NCBI GenBank assembly: GCA_964453605.1
Contig: CAYVOI010000001.1
Span: 420,095-484,094, forward strand
From: an uncultured Gammaproteobacteria bacterium
GTDB lineage: Bacteria > Patescibacteriota > Patescibacteriia > Veblenbacterales > UBA10138
Direction: 5' to 3'
DNA length: 64,000 bases
The notes beneath the pieces are model-generated. The model did no database searches, was not told the origin of the DNA, and saw only the letters and a program-made list of their open reading frames with translations. The stretch's first letter is position 1. Each line of letters begins with the position of its first letter. Positions 26,473-37,124 of this stretch are shown in pieces. Made by a program: the position numbers and the translations under genes.

Positions 26473-28389
26473 ATGCCAAAGATACTCGGAATTGATTTAG
26501 GCACCACCAACTCCTGCGTCGCCATTATCGAGGGCGGCCAGCCCAAGGTGCTGGAGAACAAAGAGGGCATGCGCACCACGCCTTCGGTGGTCGCTACCAC
26601 TAAAACTGGTGAGCGTTTGGTAGGGCTCTTGGCTAAGCGCCAGGCAGTTACCAACCCGCAGAACACGCTTTACTCTGTTAAACGTCTCATTGGCCGCCGC
26701 TGGGATGATGCGGAGGTGCAACGTGACCTCAAGGTGCTGCCGTTTAAGATCAAGCAGGCGGGTAACGGTGTAAAAATTGAGATGAACGGTAAAGACTACT
26801 CCCCACAGGAAATTAGCGCCATGGTGCTGCAGAAGCTGAAGGCCGACGCTGAGGAAAAGCTAGGTGAGAAAATTACCGAGGCGGTTATTACCGTGCCTGC
26901 CTACTTCGACGACAGTCAGCGCCAAGCCACCAAAGACGCCGGGGAAATAGCTGGCCTCACCGTGAAGCGCATTATCAACGAGCCCACGGCCGCCGCCCTA
27001 GCCTATGGTTTCGACAAGAAAAAGGACGAGAAGATAGCCGTCTATGACCTTGGCGGTGGTACGTTCGACATCTCCATTCTGGAAGTGTCCGCTGACACCG
27101 TAGAGGTTAAGGCCACGAACGGTGACACCCACCTTGGTGGTGACGACTTTGACCAGCGCATCATTGGTTGGATTGTAGACGAGTTTAAAAAGGAGAATGG
27201 TATTGATCTGTCCAAAGACCCGCTCGCCCTACAGCGCGTTAAGGAGTCAGCCGAAAAGGCGAAAATAGAGCTCTCGACTGCTACCGAGACAGAGATAAAC
27301 CAGCCATTCATTACCTCAGACGCCGCTGGCCCGAAGCACCTGGTGATGAAGATCACGCGCGCCAAGCTGGAGAGTATAGTGGGGGATTTGGTCGAGAAAA
27401 CGCTGGAGCCTACCAAAAAGGCCTTGGCTGATGCTGGCCTTAAGACCACCGACATTCACGAGGTGGTGCTGGTTGGTGGCATGACGCGCATGCCCATGGT
27501 TATTCAGGCGGTGGAAAAGTTCTTTGGCAAAAAGCCCAACGCCAGCGTGAACCCGGACGAAGTGGTGGCAGTGGGTGCCGCGGTGCAGGCCGGTGTGCTG
27601 CAAGGTGAAGTGCGCGACGTCCTCTTGCTCGACGTAACACCACTCTCACTTGGTATTGAAACCTTGGGCGGGGTTATGACCAGGCTTATTGAGCGCAACA
27701 CCACGGTGCCAACCTCCAAGAGCCAGGTATTCTCGACAGCTGCCGACGGGCAAACCTCGGTTGAGATTTTGGTGCTCCAAGGTGAACGTGAGTTTGCCAA
27801 GGACAACAAAACCTTGGGTCGGTTTATTCTAGACGGTATTCCGCCGGCGCCGCGCGGCATGCCGCAGGTGGAGGTGAGCTTCGATATTGACGCTAACGGT
27901 ATTCTCTCAGTTAAGGCAAAAGACAAAGCCACCAACAAAGAGCAGAAGATTACTATCACTGCTTCGTCAGGCCTTAGTAAGGACGAGGTTGAGAAAATGA
28001 AGAAAGAAGCCGAGCTCCATGCTGAAGAGGACAAGAAACAGCGCGAGCTGGTGGATATGAAGAACACAGCCGAGAGTACGGTGTATCAGACCGAGAAAAT
28101 GCTGAAAGAGCAGGGTGACAAGGTGCCAGCCGAGGTTAAGACCGAGGTGGAGGCAGGGCTGGCTGATGTGAAAACGGCTAAGGATGGCACCGACGCCGCA
28201 GCTATTAAGAACGCACTCGATGCGTTGCAGCAGGCTGCTATAAAGATTGGTGAGGCTATGTACAAGTCCGCCCAGGGCGGATCCGCCTCGGACGGAGCGT
28301 CTAACGGGTCTTCGACAGGTGATGGACAATCGTCAGGCGACAAAAAGGACGAACCCATCAGTGGAAGTTACGAGGAGGTTAAGAAGTAG
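26473..28389 (+). CDS. dnaK: Molecular chaperone DnaK (Hsp70)
   Basis: [16 protein letters not shown] and the other Hsp70 signatures, full length. Confidence 0.95.
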   Translation: MPKILGIDLGTTNSCVAIIEGGQPKVLENKEGMRTTPSVVATTKTGERLVGLLAKRQAVTNPQNTLYSVKRLIGRRWDDAEVQRDLKVLPFKIKQAGNGVKIEMNGKDYSPQEISAMVLQKLKADAEEKLGEKITEAVITVPAYFDDSQRQATKDAGEIAGLTVKRIINEPTAAALAYGFDKKKDEKIAVYDLGGGTFDISILEVSADTVEVKATNGDTHLGGDDFDQRIIGWIVDEFKKENGIDLSKDPLALQRVKESAEKAKIELSTATETEINQPFITSDAAGPKHLVMKITRAKLESIVGDLVEKTLEPTKKALADAGLKTTDIHEVVLVGGMTRMPMVIQAVEKFFGKKPNASVNPDEVVAVGAAVQAGVLQGEVRDVLLLDVTPLSLGIETLGGVMTRLIERNTTVPTSKSQVFSTAADGQTSVEILVLQGEREFAKDNKTLGRFILDGIPPAPRGMPQVEVSFDIDANGILSVKAKDKATNKEQKITITASSGLSKDEVEKMKKEAELHAEEDKKQRELVDMKNTAESTVYQTEKMLKEQGDKVPAEVKTEVEAGLADVKTAKDGTDAAAIKNALDALQQAAIKIGEAMYKSAQGGSASDGASNGSSTGDGQSSGDKKDEPISGSYEEVKK

Positions 28390-28414
28390 TAATCGCTGCC
28401 ATTAGACTAAAATT

Positions 28415-28840
28415 ATGAATCCAGATTTAATTCAGGCACTAATGAGTCAGATAATTGTTCCGCTTGGTGTTAGTATCAGCGCAAATTTGGTTTCCAAAGC
28501 TTTAGAAGATTCATTGGTTAATGGTGAAGTAAAGTCTTTAGATGAATTAAAACAAAAATTAGCTTCGTTACTGAAAGTCGACAACGCCAACATTATCGCG
28601 GATAAAGTAGTTACCTTTTTAGCTGAAAGTGGAGATATTCAAATCCGTGGTTCTAGGGTTTTTGGTAGTTCAGTCTTGTTGGCTTCATCTTCAGGTACAG
28701 AATTAAACTTTGGAGATAATAGTAGTGTTGAAACAAAAGCAAAGAGTGCTATTTATGCGGGAGCAAGAGCAGGAGTCATCGCTAGAGGTGGTGCTCAAAT
28801 AGAATTAGATGAGCAAGGTAATATTATGTTCCGTACCTAA
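28415..28840 (+). CDS. Hypothetical protein, strongly AT-rich relative to its flanks, inserted between dnaK and dnaJ
   Basis: About 35% GC against about 58% nearby; 141 aa; Gly/Ser-rich C-terminal half. Confidence 0.55.
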   Translation: MNPDLIQALMSQIIVPLGVSISANLVSKALEDSLVNGEVKSLDELKQKLASLLKVDNANIIADKVVTFLAESGDIQIRGSRVFGSSVLLASSSGTELNFGDNSSVETKAKSAIYAGARAGVIARGGAQIELDEQGNIMFRT

Positions 28841-28861
28841 CTATTAAAACGTTATTAGATT

Positions 28862-29152
28862 ATGCCTAACGAACAACAGCAGCAAATTCAGGTGAAGGTT
28901 ACCGACGAGGTACTGAAGGGTGTGTACTCTAACCTTGCCCAGATTGCCCACACCAAAGAGGAGTTTGTGATAGATTTCATGAGTATGATGCCGCCACAGG
29001 GCATTGTGAACGCCAGGGTGTACCTGAACCCAGCCCACGCTAAACGCCTGGCTCATGCGCTCATGGACAACGTTAAGAAGTACGAGGAGCAGTTTGGCAA
29101 GGTGGACGAGGGCAGCCAGACCGCGCCGGAAATTGGCTTTAAGACTACCTAA
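28862..29152 (+). CDS. Small conserved hypothetical protein (possibly a DUF3467-like family member)
   Basis: 96 aa; QVKVTDEVLKGVYSNLAQIAHTKEEFVIDF...; between dnaK and dnaJ. Confidence 0.45.
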   Translation: MPNEQQQQIQVKVTDEVLKGVYSNLAQIAHTKEEFVIDFMSMMPPQGIVNARVYLNPAHAKRLAHALMDNVKKYEEQFGKVDEGSQTAPEIGFKTT

Positions 29153-29173
29153 ACTTTAAAGCTACCTAAGCCA

Positions 29174-30289
29174 ATGGCCAGTAAAGACTACTACCAGGTT
29201 CTTGGGGTACCAAAGAGCGCCTCGGCAGAGGAGATAAAAAAGGCTTTTCGGAAACTGGCGCACCAGCACCACCCCGACAAGCACGGCGGGAGCGACGCTA
29301 AGTTTAAGGAGATAAATGAGGCCTACCAGGTTTTGGGGAACGCCGATAAGCGGAAAACTTATGACCAGTTCGGCGCCAATTTTGAGCAGGCCGGGGGGCC
29401 GGGTGGGTTTAACTGGCAAGACTTTTCACGCGGTGGTGGGTTTAACAGCCAGGGTGTTAATTTTGATTTTGGAAACTTAGGGGACATTTTTGGTGACTTT
29501 TTTGGTGGCGGGGGGCGCACTTCACGGAGGACTGGTCCACAGCGCGGGAGCGATGTGCAGTTTGTGACTGCCGTGGATTTTCGAGAGGCGGTGTTTGGTG
29601 TGGAGAAAACGTTACGGTTTGAGAAAGATATTGTGTGCAGCCGTTGCAAGGGCACTAGAGTGGAGCCTGGTGCTAAGGTGGAAACCTGTAAAACTTGTAA
29701 CGGGCAGGGGCACGTGGAACAAATGCAGCGCACGTTCCTGGGGAGCATGCGTACCGTGACCGTTTGCCCAACCTGCGGTGGCGAGGGTGAAACCACTGAC
29801 AAGGTGTGCGCCAAGTGTCGCGGCGAGGGGAGAGAGCAGGGCGTTCGGGAACTCAAGGTGCAGATTCCAGCTGGCATAGACGACGGCCAAACTATTCGCC
29901 TGTCGGGTGAGGGTGAGCCCGGGCTTAAGGGTGGCCCGGGCGGCGACCTGCTACTCACTGTGCAGGTGAGACCCGATAGAACTTTTAAGCGCGAGGGTTA
30001 TAATCTCTACACCACTAAGGACATCAGCCTGAGTCTAGCGAGTTTGGGTGGCAAGGTGCTGCTCACTACCCTAGACGGCGATGTGCACATGAAAATACCG
30101 ACTGGTACACAGAGCGGCAAGGTGTTTAAACTTGAAGGTAAGGGCGTGCTGAAACTCAAGAGTAAGTCGCGCGGCGATTTGCTGGTTACCATTCACGTGC
30201 AAACGCCGGAGAAACTGTCACGGAAGCAGAAGGAGGCGCTCAAAGAGTTTTCGGCTTGGGAAGGGGAGGAGCCGGAGGGAAGGCTGTAG
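29174..30289 (+). CDS. dnaJ: Molecular chaperone DnaJ
   Basis: J domain with HPD (DYYQVLGV...HQHHPDKH), a G/F region and four CxxCxGxG zinc repeats. Confidence 0.95.
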   Translation: MASKDYYQVLGVPKSASAEEIKKAFRKLAHQHHPDKHGGSDAKFKEINEAYQVLGNADKRKTYDQFGANFEQAGGPGGFNWQDFSRGGGFNSQGVNFDFGNLGDIFGDFFGGGGRTSRRTGPQRGSDVQFVTAVDFREAVFGVEKTLRFEKDIVCSRCKGTRVEPGAKVETCKTCNGQGHVEQMQRTFLGSMRTVTVCPTCGGEGETTDKVCAKCRGEGREQGVRELKVQIPAGIDDGQTIRLSGEGEPGLKGGPGGDLLLTVQVRPDRTFKREGYNLYTTKDISLSLASLGGKVLLTTLDGDVHMKIPTGTQSGKVFKLEGKGVLKLKSKSRGDLLVTIHVQTPEKLSRKQKEALKEFSAWEGEEPEGRL

Positions 30290-30387
30290 TATTTGACAGT
30301 TATAGCTTTGGTCTGTAGAGTATGAGGAATGAAAAATCAAACCTAATTCACTGATCCTACAACCACAAAATAAACAGGAGGTTAATA

Positions 30388-30819
30388 ATGATCGAATTTC
30401 GGCACGCCCGCCTGATTGAGCTGTTTTGGAAGGCAAGGTACGACGTACGTGCGGTCGGGTCAAGCGCACGCCGCGCTTTCCAAATTTTTTCCGACGTTTT
30501 GCCACATATTACCAGTGGCAAAATTTTGAACCCCGACCAGTCGCGCGTTCTCATGGCCCATGGCCTGCTACCCTGTGCCTATGAGCCGCCCCAGGCATTT
30601 CAGGAGCTGGCCAACCGGCTTGATATGAGCCCCAGCGAAGTGGCTGAGGCCTATAGCCGGGGAGTAGAAGAGTTTGCCGCCTCACCCGATATTGAGAGCG
30701 TGATGGCTCTCCACGGCGTGTACAAAGAGCGGGGCCATAGCTTTGGCCCCCAGGTAGAGGTGAACGACGCCGTACTGCAGTTTGAACTTCCCACCTTCAC
30801 TGCCGATCAGCGGCAGTAA
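30388..30819 (+). CDS. Hypothetical protein
   Basis: Strong RBS AGGAGG; 143 aa; no motif. Confidence 0.5.
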   Translation: MIEFRHARLIELFWKARYDVRAVGSSARRAFQIFSDVLPHITSGKILNPDQSRVLMAHGLLPCAYEPPQAFQELANRLDMSPSEVAEAYSRGVEEFAASPDIESVMALHGVYKERGHSFGPQVEVNDAVLQFELPTFTADQRQ

Positions 30820-30843
30820 CCCTGGGTTCACCATCCCTCTGCG

Positions 30844-30878
30844 ACAGCTCCTGTGGAATATTCCAGGAGCTGTTTTCC
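30844..30878 (+). terminator. Rho-independent terminator
   Basis: acagctcctg-tggaatattc-caggagctgt followed by TTTT. Confidence 0.65.
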
Positions 30879-30975
30879 TTATAGTTGGGACTGGCTCATG
30901 GTTGACAAGGTAGCAGCCTTACTTTAAAAGTTGTTATAAGATGTAGTAAAGACAACAAAAACCAAATGCAAACAT

Positions 30976-31611
30976 ATGGAGGGAACAATGTACCTAGCAA
31001 TACTAGCGCTGTCAGTACTCTCGTACCTCTTGGGGTCTATACCTTTCGGCTACCTCATCGCCCGGCGGCTGGGCGTAGATATTCGAAGCTACGGTAGCGG
31101 CAACATTGGCGCTACTAACGTCGGCCGCGCGCTCGGCTGGAAGTGGTTCCTGCTTACGCTGCTAGCGGATGCCGCCAAAGGGTTTGCGGCTGTTTCGTTG
31201 GTTGGTGTGTGGCTCGACGAGCCCAAGGTCGGTTTCTACATTCTAGCGGGGAGCCTCGCTATTCTCGGTCACTGCCTGCCGGTGTGGCTCAGCTTCCGCG
31301 GTGGCAAAGCCGTGGCCACTTCGCTCGGGGTTCTGGTTGGTCTTTTGCCGTGGGGGTTTGTGCTCGTGGTGGTGGCCACGTTTGGTGTAGTGTTCCTGCT
31401 TTCAAAGCAGGTTTCCCTGGGCTCCATCTGCGCGGCACTCGTGGCGGTGATTACCAAAATTACCTTGGGGGGCGGATTCAACCAGCAAAACTTCGAGCTT
31501 ACGCTCTTCATGGTAGGCCTGGCGGCACTCATAGTTTACACGCACAAGGAAAACATCAAGAGAATTTTGAGCGGTACGGAGCATAAGGTTCAACTACCTC
31601 GTTCATTATGA
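30976..31611 (+). CDS. plsY: Glycerol-3-phosphate acyltransferase PlsY
   Basis: LGSIPFGYLIARRLGVDIRSYGSGNIGATNVGRALG. Confidence 0.85.
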   Translation: MEGTMYLAILALSVLSYLLGSIPFGYLIARRLGVDIRSYGSGNIGATNVGRALGWKWFLLTLLADAAKGFAAVSLVGVWLDEPKVGFYILAGSLAILGHCLPVWLSFRGGKAVATSLGVLVGLLPWGFVLVVVATFGVVFLLSKQVSLGSICAALVAVITKITLGGGFNQQNFELTLFMVGLAALIVYTHKENIKRILSGTEHKVQLPRSL

Positions 31612-31635
31612 GCGGGGTAGTTTTGTCTAGCGGTT

Positions 31636-32721
31636 TTATGACTCAGCCGTCCCTGGTGTAGGCGAGGGTGCGAGTATAGCCTGAACATCAGGTAGCGTTG
31701 CCGCGCGCACGAGCTTGGATCTGAGCTCCGAAGCACCTGGGAACCCCTTGGCATACCAGCCCAGGTGTTTCCTCAGCTCAAGCAAACCCCGTTCGCCCTT
31801 GCTCCCCAGAGACAGCTCGGCGTGCTGCAGCATCACCTGTTTTATCTCGCCCCAGGGTAGTTCCTGGTAGCTGCCCGTGCTCAGGTAGTCCTTAACCTGC
31901 GTAAACAGCCACGGCTTGCCCCAGGCCCCACGGGCTAGCCCTACACCATCTGCGCCTGTGGCTTCCAACACCTCTTTGGCTTTTTCTGGGGAGTAGATGC
32001 CGCCGTTGGCAATCAGCCTGCCTGGCCAAATTTTTCGTACTTCGGCGATGATGTTCAGGTTTGGTTCGCCGTCGAACGGCTGCTCGAACGACCGGCCGTG
32101 GATCATAATAGCTTGCACTGGCAGGTCCTTAATGGTTTTTACTAAGTCCAGCGCAGTTACCACGTCCACCGGGCATTCATACTGGTCAAGTTCAGCCTCA
32201 GCTTCCGGGTTTTCGATTTTGTCCTTAGTGTCTTGCCCCCGGCGTATGCTGGCGCGGATTTTTATGGACACGGGGAGTGGGGTGCCCTCGCAGGCGGCTT
32301 GGACCAGTTCGTAGCACAAGGGCAGGTTGCGCATGAGGGTTACCCCACCGCCTGATTTTACGACCTTGTACGCGGGACAGCCGAAGTTTATGTCCACACC
32401 AGCAAAACCCATCTCTTCCAAAACTTTAACGGCCTTAAAAAAGTGTTCCGGTTTCTTACCAAATATTTGGCACACCACCGGCTGCTCCATGGGGTCATAA
32501 GCAATGAGCTCGCGGGTTTTCTGGTTCTCGTAGACCAGCGCATCGGCTGAGGCAAACTCGGTGTAGATAACATCCGCCCCAAAGCGTTTACAGAGCTGAC
32601 GAAAGGCGGTGTCAGTCACGCCGGCCATGGGTGCTAAGGCCAGAATAGGTTTTTTGAGTGCGGTCCAAAAGTTTGGCATAAGCGTAGGTACGAGTGTAGC
32701 AGTGGTAGTACCCATTGACAA
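31636..32721 (-). CDS. tRNA-dihydrouridine synthase
   Basis: LAPMAGVTDTAFRQLCKRFGADVIYTEF and the TIM-barrel Dus signature. Confidence 0.8.
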   Translation of the reverse strand: MSMGTTTATLVPTLMPNFWTALKKPILALAPMAGVTDTAFRQLCKRFGADVIYTEFASADALVYENQKTRELIAYDPMEQPVVCQIFGKKPEHFFKAVKVLEEMGFAGVDINFGCPAYKVVKSGGGVTLMRNLPLCYELVQAACEGTPLPVSIKIRASIRRGQDTKDKIENPEAEAELDQYECPVDVVTALDLVKTIKDLPVQAIMIHGRSFEQPFDGEPNLNIIAEVRKIWPGRLIANGGIYSPEKAKEVLEATGADGVGLARGAWGKPWLFTQVKDYLSTGSYQELPWGEIKQVMLQHAELSLGSKGERGLLELRKHLGWYAKGFPGASELRSKLVRAATLPDVQAILAPSPTPGTAES

Positions 32722-32773
32722 GATGCACCTTTTTTGCTAGTTTGGAAGCAAACCAACAACAAGGAGGATCGCT

Positions 32774-32941
32774 ATGATAATTCTAGGCGCTCTACTCGTG
32801 CTGGTCGTGCTGGGGCTCATCGGCGCAACCTGGGAGGGCATTCACTCACACGCCAGCCAACGTTACGCCGGCACCCGGACACTCCACGCTTATCGTTTTC
32901 TCCCGGCCGCCAAGTTCTTCCGCTCCTTCAGTTGGAGCTAA
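32774..32941 (+). CDS. Small membrane protein (55 aa), absent from the ORF track
   Basis: AAGGAGG RBS; hydrophobic N-terminus MIILGALLVLVVLGLIG; followed by a terminator. Confidence 0.45.
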   Translation: MIILGALLVLVVLGLIGATWEGIHSHASQRYAGTRTLHAYRFLPAAKFFRSFSWS

Positions 32942-32970
32942 AAAGAATTTCTGGCATCGTCCCAACTACC

Positions 32971-33005
32971 AGCCCGAGTCGCAAGACTCGGGCTTTCTTT
33001 TTTTG
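32971..33005 (+). terminator. Rho-independent terminator (bidirectional with cysS)
   Basis: agcccgagtc-gcaa-gactcgggct followed by TTTCTTTTTTT. Confidence 0.7.
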
Positions 33006-33008
33006 GCC

Positions 33009-34367
33009 TTAGGCTTTGGTGAGTGGCTTGGTAATGGGGCCCAGTTCGGTATCGTCCAGGGCAAAGCCGTGTTCGGCTATGGTCTGCCTGAGCCGGTCAG
33101 CTTGTACCCAGTTTTTCTGAGCTCTCGCTTGCTCACGTTCGGCCACCAGGTGTTGCACCTCGGTGGGTACGGTGAGCGGTTTAACCTGTTTGAGGCCGAG
33201 GCCTAGAATTTCGTCAAACTTGAGGAGCGATTGCTTTTTGGCGGTGTCGGGGTACTCGCTCTTCATAAGCTCCCATACAACTGCCAAGCCCTTGGGCGTA
33301 TTGAGATCGTCGTTTACTGCGGCCATAAATTTTTCCTCAAACTCAGCGCAGCCGGTTTGGGCATTCCCCATGGTGGCTACTTTGTTTTGCAGCGTTTCGA
33401 GCGCGCTGGCGGCACCTTGCACAGCTTCAAGGGAAAAGTTTAGGACTTTTCGGTAGTGCGTACCCAGGCAAAAGTAGCGGTAGGCAAGTGGGCTTATGCC
33501 GCGGTCGATTAAATCGCGTAAAGTGTAGAAGTTGCCGAATGACTTCGCCATTTTTTTATTGTCTACCAAGAGCCATTCGTTGTGCAGCCAGTATTTAACG
33601 AAAGGTTTGCCAGTCGCCCCTTCTGACTGTGCAATTTCGTTTTCGTGGTGTGGAAAAATATTGTCAACACCGCCGGTATGTAGGTCAAATTGCTGGCCCA
33701 GATTTTCCATTGACATTGCTGAACACTCGATGTGCCACCCAGGCCGACCCTTACCAAGAGGCGTATTCCAGAAAACATCGCCATCTTTTTCATCCCATGC
33801 TTTCCAGAGTGCAAAATCCTGGACATTGTCCTTATCGTATTCGTCCGTTTTAATTCGGCCACTCGCATTTCCCTTTTGTTTGTCTAATGTAATATGAGAG
33901 AGCTTGCCGTAATTTTTAAATTTTTTAATATTGAAATAAACGCTGCCGTCGGGGCTTTGATAGGCGAAGCCTTTCGTTAAAAGTTTTTGGATAAGTGTAA
34001 CCATCGCTTCGATGTAGTCCGTAGCGCGAGTATATTTCTCGGGCGGCAAGATACCAAGCATGCGCACGTCTTTATAAAATTCTTGCGTATAAAATTCAGT
34101 GAATTCTTTTAAGCTGCGTCTTTCTTTTTGCGATTCACGGATGGTTTTATCATCCACGTCGGTTAAGTTCATAATATGGTGTACACGGTAGCCGTTGTAC
34201 AGCAATACTCTTTTCAAAATGTCCGCAAAAATGTAGGCGCGATAATTGCCTATGTGGGGATAGTTGTAGACCGTGGGGCCGCAGGTGTAAAGCCCAACCT
34301 GGCCAGGGGTACGTGGTGCAAATTCTTCTTTCTGGCGGGTCAGCGTATTATAGAGCTGCAGTGACAT
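33009..34367 (-). CDS. cysS: Cysteine--tRNA ligase
   Basis: HIGH motif CGPTVYNYPHIGN and KMSKS variant KMAKSFGN. Confidence 0.9.
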   Translation of the reverse strand: MSLQLYNTLTRQKEEFAPRTPGQVGLYTCGPTVYNYPHIGNYRAYIFADILKRVLLYNGYRVHHIMNLTDVDDKTIRESQKERRSLKEFTEFYTQEFYKDVRMLGILPPEKYTRATDYIEAMVTLIQKLLTKGFAYQSPDGSVYFNIKKFKNYGKLSHITLDKQKGNASGRIKTDEYDKDNVQDFALWKAWDEKDGDVFWNTPLGKGRPGWHIECSAMSMENLGQQFDLHTGGVDNIFPHHENEIAQSEGATGKPFVKYWLHNEWLLVDNKKMAKSFGNFYTLRDLIDRGISPLAYRYFCLGTHYRKVLNFSLEAVQGAASALETLQNKVATMGNAQTGCAEFEEKFMAAVNDDLNTPKGLAVVWELMKSEYPDTAKKQSLLKFDEILGLGLKQVKPLTVPTEVQHLVAEREQARAQKNWVQADRLRQTIAEHGFALDDTELGPITKPLTKA

Positions 34368-34476
34368 AGTGATTGGTTAGTATTGTAACGCGATTTTTGA
34401 ACAATTGACAATTTTAGGGGTTAGGCTAAGGTGAAGCCAAAACATCACTAGAACTGTTAACACAACAGGAGAAAAA

Positions 34477-34953
34477 ATGAAAAAAATGCTCGTTCCATTA
34501 CTGATAGGTGTGGTGGCTGGATTACCGCTCATCGGTTATATCGTTGGCTCGAACACCATAGTTGCTGCGCCAGAAACACTGGCGTGTATCTGTGCGGCGC
34601 TTAGCGCTCTTGGTGCTCTTCTGTACCTTACTACATGTCGGTTTATGAGTCAGGTGTCACCACTGAGGTACGTGGTCGAACTCATAGTAGCCGAAAGCTG
34701 GGGTGTGGGAGTCGCTCTGGGAAGCCTTATTATTACGGTGTACCGTAATACGCTAAGCCTAGAGAGTGGAGCATTTAACAATCAGCTTGTGCTCGTCGCT
34801 AGCGCTATACTCTTCGGGTGCGGGGTGCTTACGGTGGCCTATAAGCAAGGCCACATTAAACTAGGGTTTGGGGAGATGGTTAGTATGGTGGCTGGTGCCG
34901 TTATAACTTTTTCGGTTATCTTTAACCTATACTACCAGCAACTACATAACTAG
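34477..34953 (+). CDS. Hypothetical integral membrane protein
   Basis: Four predicted TM helices. Confidence 0.5.
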   Translation: MKKMLVPLLIGVVAGLPLIGYIVGSNTIVAAPETLACICAALSALGALLYLTTCRFMSQVSPLRYVVELIVAESWGVGVALGSLIITVYRNTLSLESGAFNNQLVLVASAILFGCGVLTVAYKQGHIKLGFGEMVSMVAGAVITFSVIFNLYYQQLHN

Positions 34954-34993
34954 TGCGGCTGAAGTTTGTACATGCAGTCGTCAGTGCGGCAAC

Positions 34994-35224
34994 GTGCTGA
35001 CGACTTTTCTATTGGGTAAGGCATGGTATACTGAGCACATGTCCAGACAGCCGCTTAATCTCTACGTTTTTGTTGGTGTGCTGGTGGGTGCGTTTGTGGG
35101 CACGTTCTTAGTGCCAGGTTTGGGTACGGTGATAGGTGCTGTGGTTGGCGGGGTAGTGGGGCTGGTAGTTTCACACCAACGCCGGAAGCGCCAGATCCCT
35201 ACAGACGTTCCGCCTAGGATGTAG
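34994..35224 (+). CDS. Small glycine-zipper membrane protein
   Basis: VGVLVGAFVGTFLVPGLGTVIGAVVGGVVGLVV. Confidence 0.4.
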   Translation: MLTTFLLGKAWYTEHMSRQPLNLYVFVGVLVGAFVGTFLVPGLGTVIGAVVGGVVGLVVSHQRRKRQIPTDVPPRM

Positions 35225-35282
35225 TTTATTTTGCTTTAACCTACTCCTACCATTACGGTAGGAGTTTTGGTATACTGGGGTT

Positions 35283-35696
35283 ATGTTTAAGCTTTCGGCC
35301 CGCGGGGATTACGGCCTCATGTTCCTGAAATCGCTCTCACAGCTGCCCCCTGGTCAGTACGCCACCGTGCGGCAGGTTGCCGAGCAGCAGCGACTGCCAG
35401 CGAAGTACCTGGAGCGGGTGGCGGCCGCCCTGGCTGCTGCAGGGGTTTTGCTAAGCCGTGAGGGGCAGGGCGGCGGCTACGCCCTGGCTAAGCCCTCACG
35501 CGAGCTTAAGTTGGTTGAGGTACTAGCAGTATTGGAAGGAGAACTTGAGCCTGTGCACTGCACGCATGATGGGCGGTGCTGCGACCGCGAACATGCCTGT
35601 GAACGGAAAACCGGCTGGCAAAAGGTGCATACAAAGCTTTACGACATTCTCTTACAGCATACGCTCGCAGATATTTTATCAACAATTAACACCTAA
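35283..35696 (+). CDS. Rrf2-family transcriptional regulator (IscR-like) with a Cys cluster
   Basis: N-terminal HTH ([21 protein letters not shown]) and [14 protein letters not shown]. Confidence 0.8.
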   Translation: MFKLSARGDYGLMFLKSLSQLPPGQYATVRQVAEQQRLPAKYLERVAAALAAAGVLLSREGQGGGYALAKPSRELKLVEVLAVLEGELEPVHCTHDGRCCDREHACERKTGWQKVHTKLYDILLQHTLADILSTINT

Positions 35697-35707
35697 CCCT
35701 TACATGT

Positions 35708-36307
35708 ATGTTTGAACTTCCTAAATTGCCTTACGCCTTTGACGCGCTAGAGCCGCACCTCGATGCCAAAACCATGGAGCTCCACCACGGCAAGCACCAC
35801 CAGACCTACGTTACCAAGCTTAATGAAGCGCTGGCGACTGCACCGGAGTGGGCCGCCAAGTCGATTGAGGAGATTGTGCAAGGGTATGGGCAGGCCCCTG
35901 AGGGTATTCGCAGTGCACTCAGGAACCACGGCGGCGGGCACTACAACCACTCTATGTTTTGGCAGATTATGCGGCCACAGGGTGGTGGTGAACCAGAGGG
36001 TAGCTTAGGCCAGGGGATTGCGAGCACCTTTGGCGACTTTGGCAAGTTCCGTGAAGCGTTTACCAAAGCCGCGCTCGGTGTGTTTGGCAGCGGGTGGGCC
36101 TGGCTCGTGGCTGACGCCGCCGGCAAGCTCTCTATTACTACTACCCCTAACCAAGATTCGCCCCTGACCCAAGGCTTGCGGCCGCTCCTGGGCTTAGATG
36201 TGTGGGAGCACGCCTACTACTTGAAGTACCAAAACCGTCGGCCCGAGTACGTGGAAGCTTGGTGGAATGTTGTTAATTGGGAAGCGGTGGAGGAGCGTTT
36301 AGGTTAA
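35708..36307 (+). CDS. Fe/Mn superoxide dismutase
   Basis: [28 protein letters not shown]...DVWEHAYY. Confidence 0.9.
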   Translation: MFELPKLPYAFDALEPHLDAKTMELHHGKHHQTYVTKLNEALATAPEWAAKSIEEIVQGYGQAPEGIRSALRNHGGGHYNHSMFWQIMRPQGGGEPEGSLGQGIASTFGDFGKFREAFTKAALGVFGSGWAWLVADAAGKLSITTTPNQDSPLTQGLRPLLGLDVWEHAYYLKYQNRRPEYVEAWWNVVNWEAVEERLG

Positions 36308-36374
36308 GTCGTTTTGTCATTACTGACCACTTTCTTATTCGCGCGAATAAGAAAATACTACCCAGCAGTACACC

Positions 36375-37124
36375 ATGCTAGAGATTAAAAATCTTCATGT
36401 TTCTGTTGACCAGAAGCAGCTCGTGCACGGCGTAACACTGACAGTACGCCCTGGTGAGGTGCATGCGCTCATGGGCCCTAACGGTTCGGGCAAGTCGTCT
36501 TTGGCCGCAGCACTTATGGGTCACCCGAGCTACGCTATTACTTCGGGTAAGGTAGTGCTGAGTGGAGAAGACATTACGATGCTTGCGCCAGAGAAGCGGG
36601 CTGGCTCAGGGCTTTTTTTAGCGTTTCAGTACCCCCAGAGCATACCCGGGCTATCGGTGCAGCAGTTCTTGCAGGCTGCGGTGAATGCTCAGGCAGAGAG
36701 CAGGGGTAAAAAACCTTTGAGCGCAAAAGAGTTCGGCGTCTTACTTGAGGCCGCGGCTACCGCACTGCAGCTTGATAAAGCATTTTTGGAGCGCGGGGTG
36801 AACGATGGATTTTCGGGTGGGGAGAAAAAGCGGCTGGAGGTGTTGCAGCTCAGTGTGCTCAAGCCCCACTTTGCGGTGCTTGACGAAACTGATTCGGGGC
36901 TCGATGTTGATGCCCTGAAGCTAGTGGCGGAGGGGGTGAATAGGGAAGTAGCAGAACGGAACATGGGCGTGTTAGTTATTACTCACTACCAGCGCTTGCT
37001 GCACTACCTTAAACCCACCCACGTGCATGTGATGGCGGAGGGGAAGGTTGTAGCCTCAGGCGGGCCTGAGCTCGTAGAGCGGGTCGAGGCCACAGGCTAC
37101 CAAACTTTTTTGCACCATGCCTAA
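36375..37124 (+). CDS. sufC: Fe-S cluster assembly ATPase SufC
   Basis: Walker A GPNGSGKSSL; the suf operon context. Confidence 0.9.
   Translation: MLEIKNLHVSVDQKQLVHGVTLTVRPGEVHALMGPNGSGKSSLAAALMGHPSYAITSGKVVLSGEDITMLAPEKRAGSGLFLAFQYPQSIPGLSVQQFLQAAVNAQAESRGKKPLSAKEFGVLLEAAATALQLDKAFLERGVNDGFSGGEKKRLEVLQLSVLKPHFAVLDETDSGLDVDALKLVAEGVNREVAERNMGVLVITHYQRLLHYLKPTHVHVMAEGKVVASGGPELVERVEATGYQTFLHHA

Noticed and set aside
31143-31586. 147-aa plus-strand ORF
   Set aside because: It is an alternative frame inside plsY.
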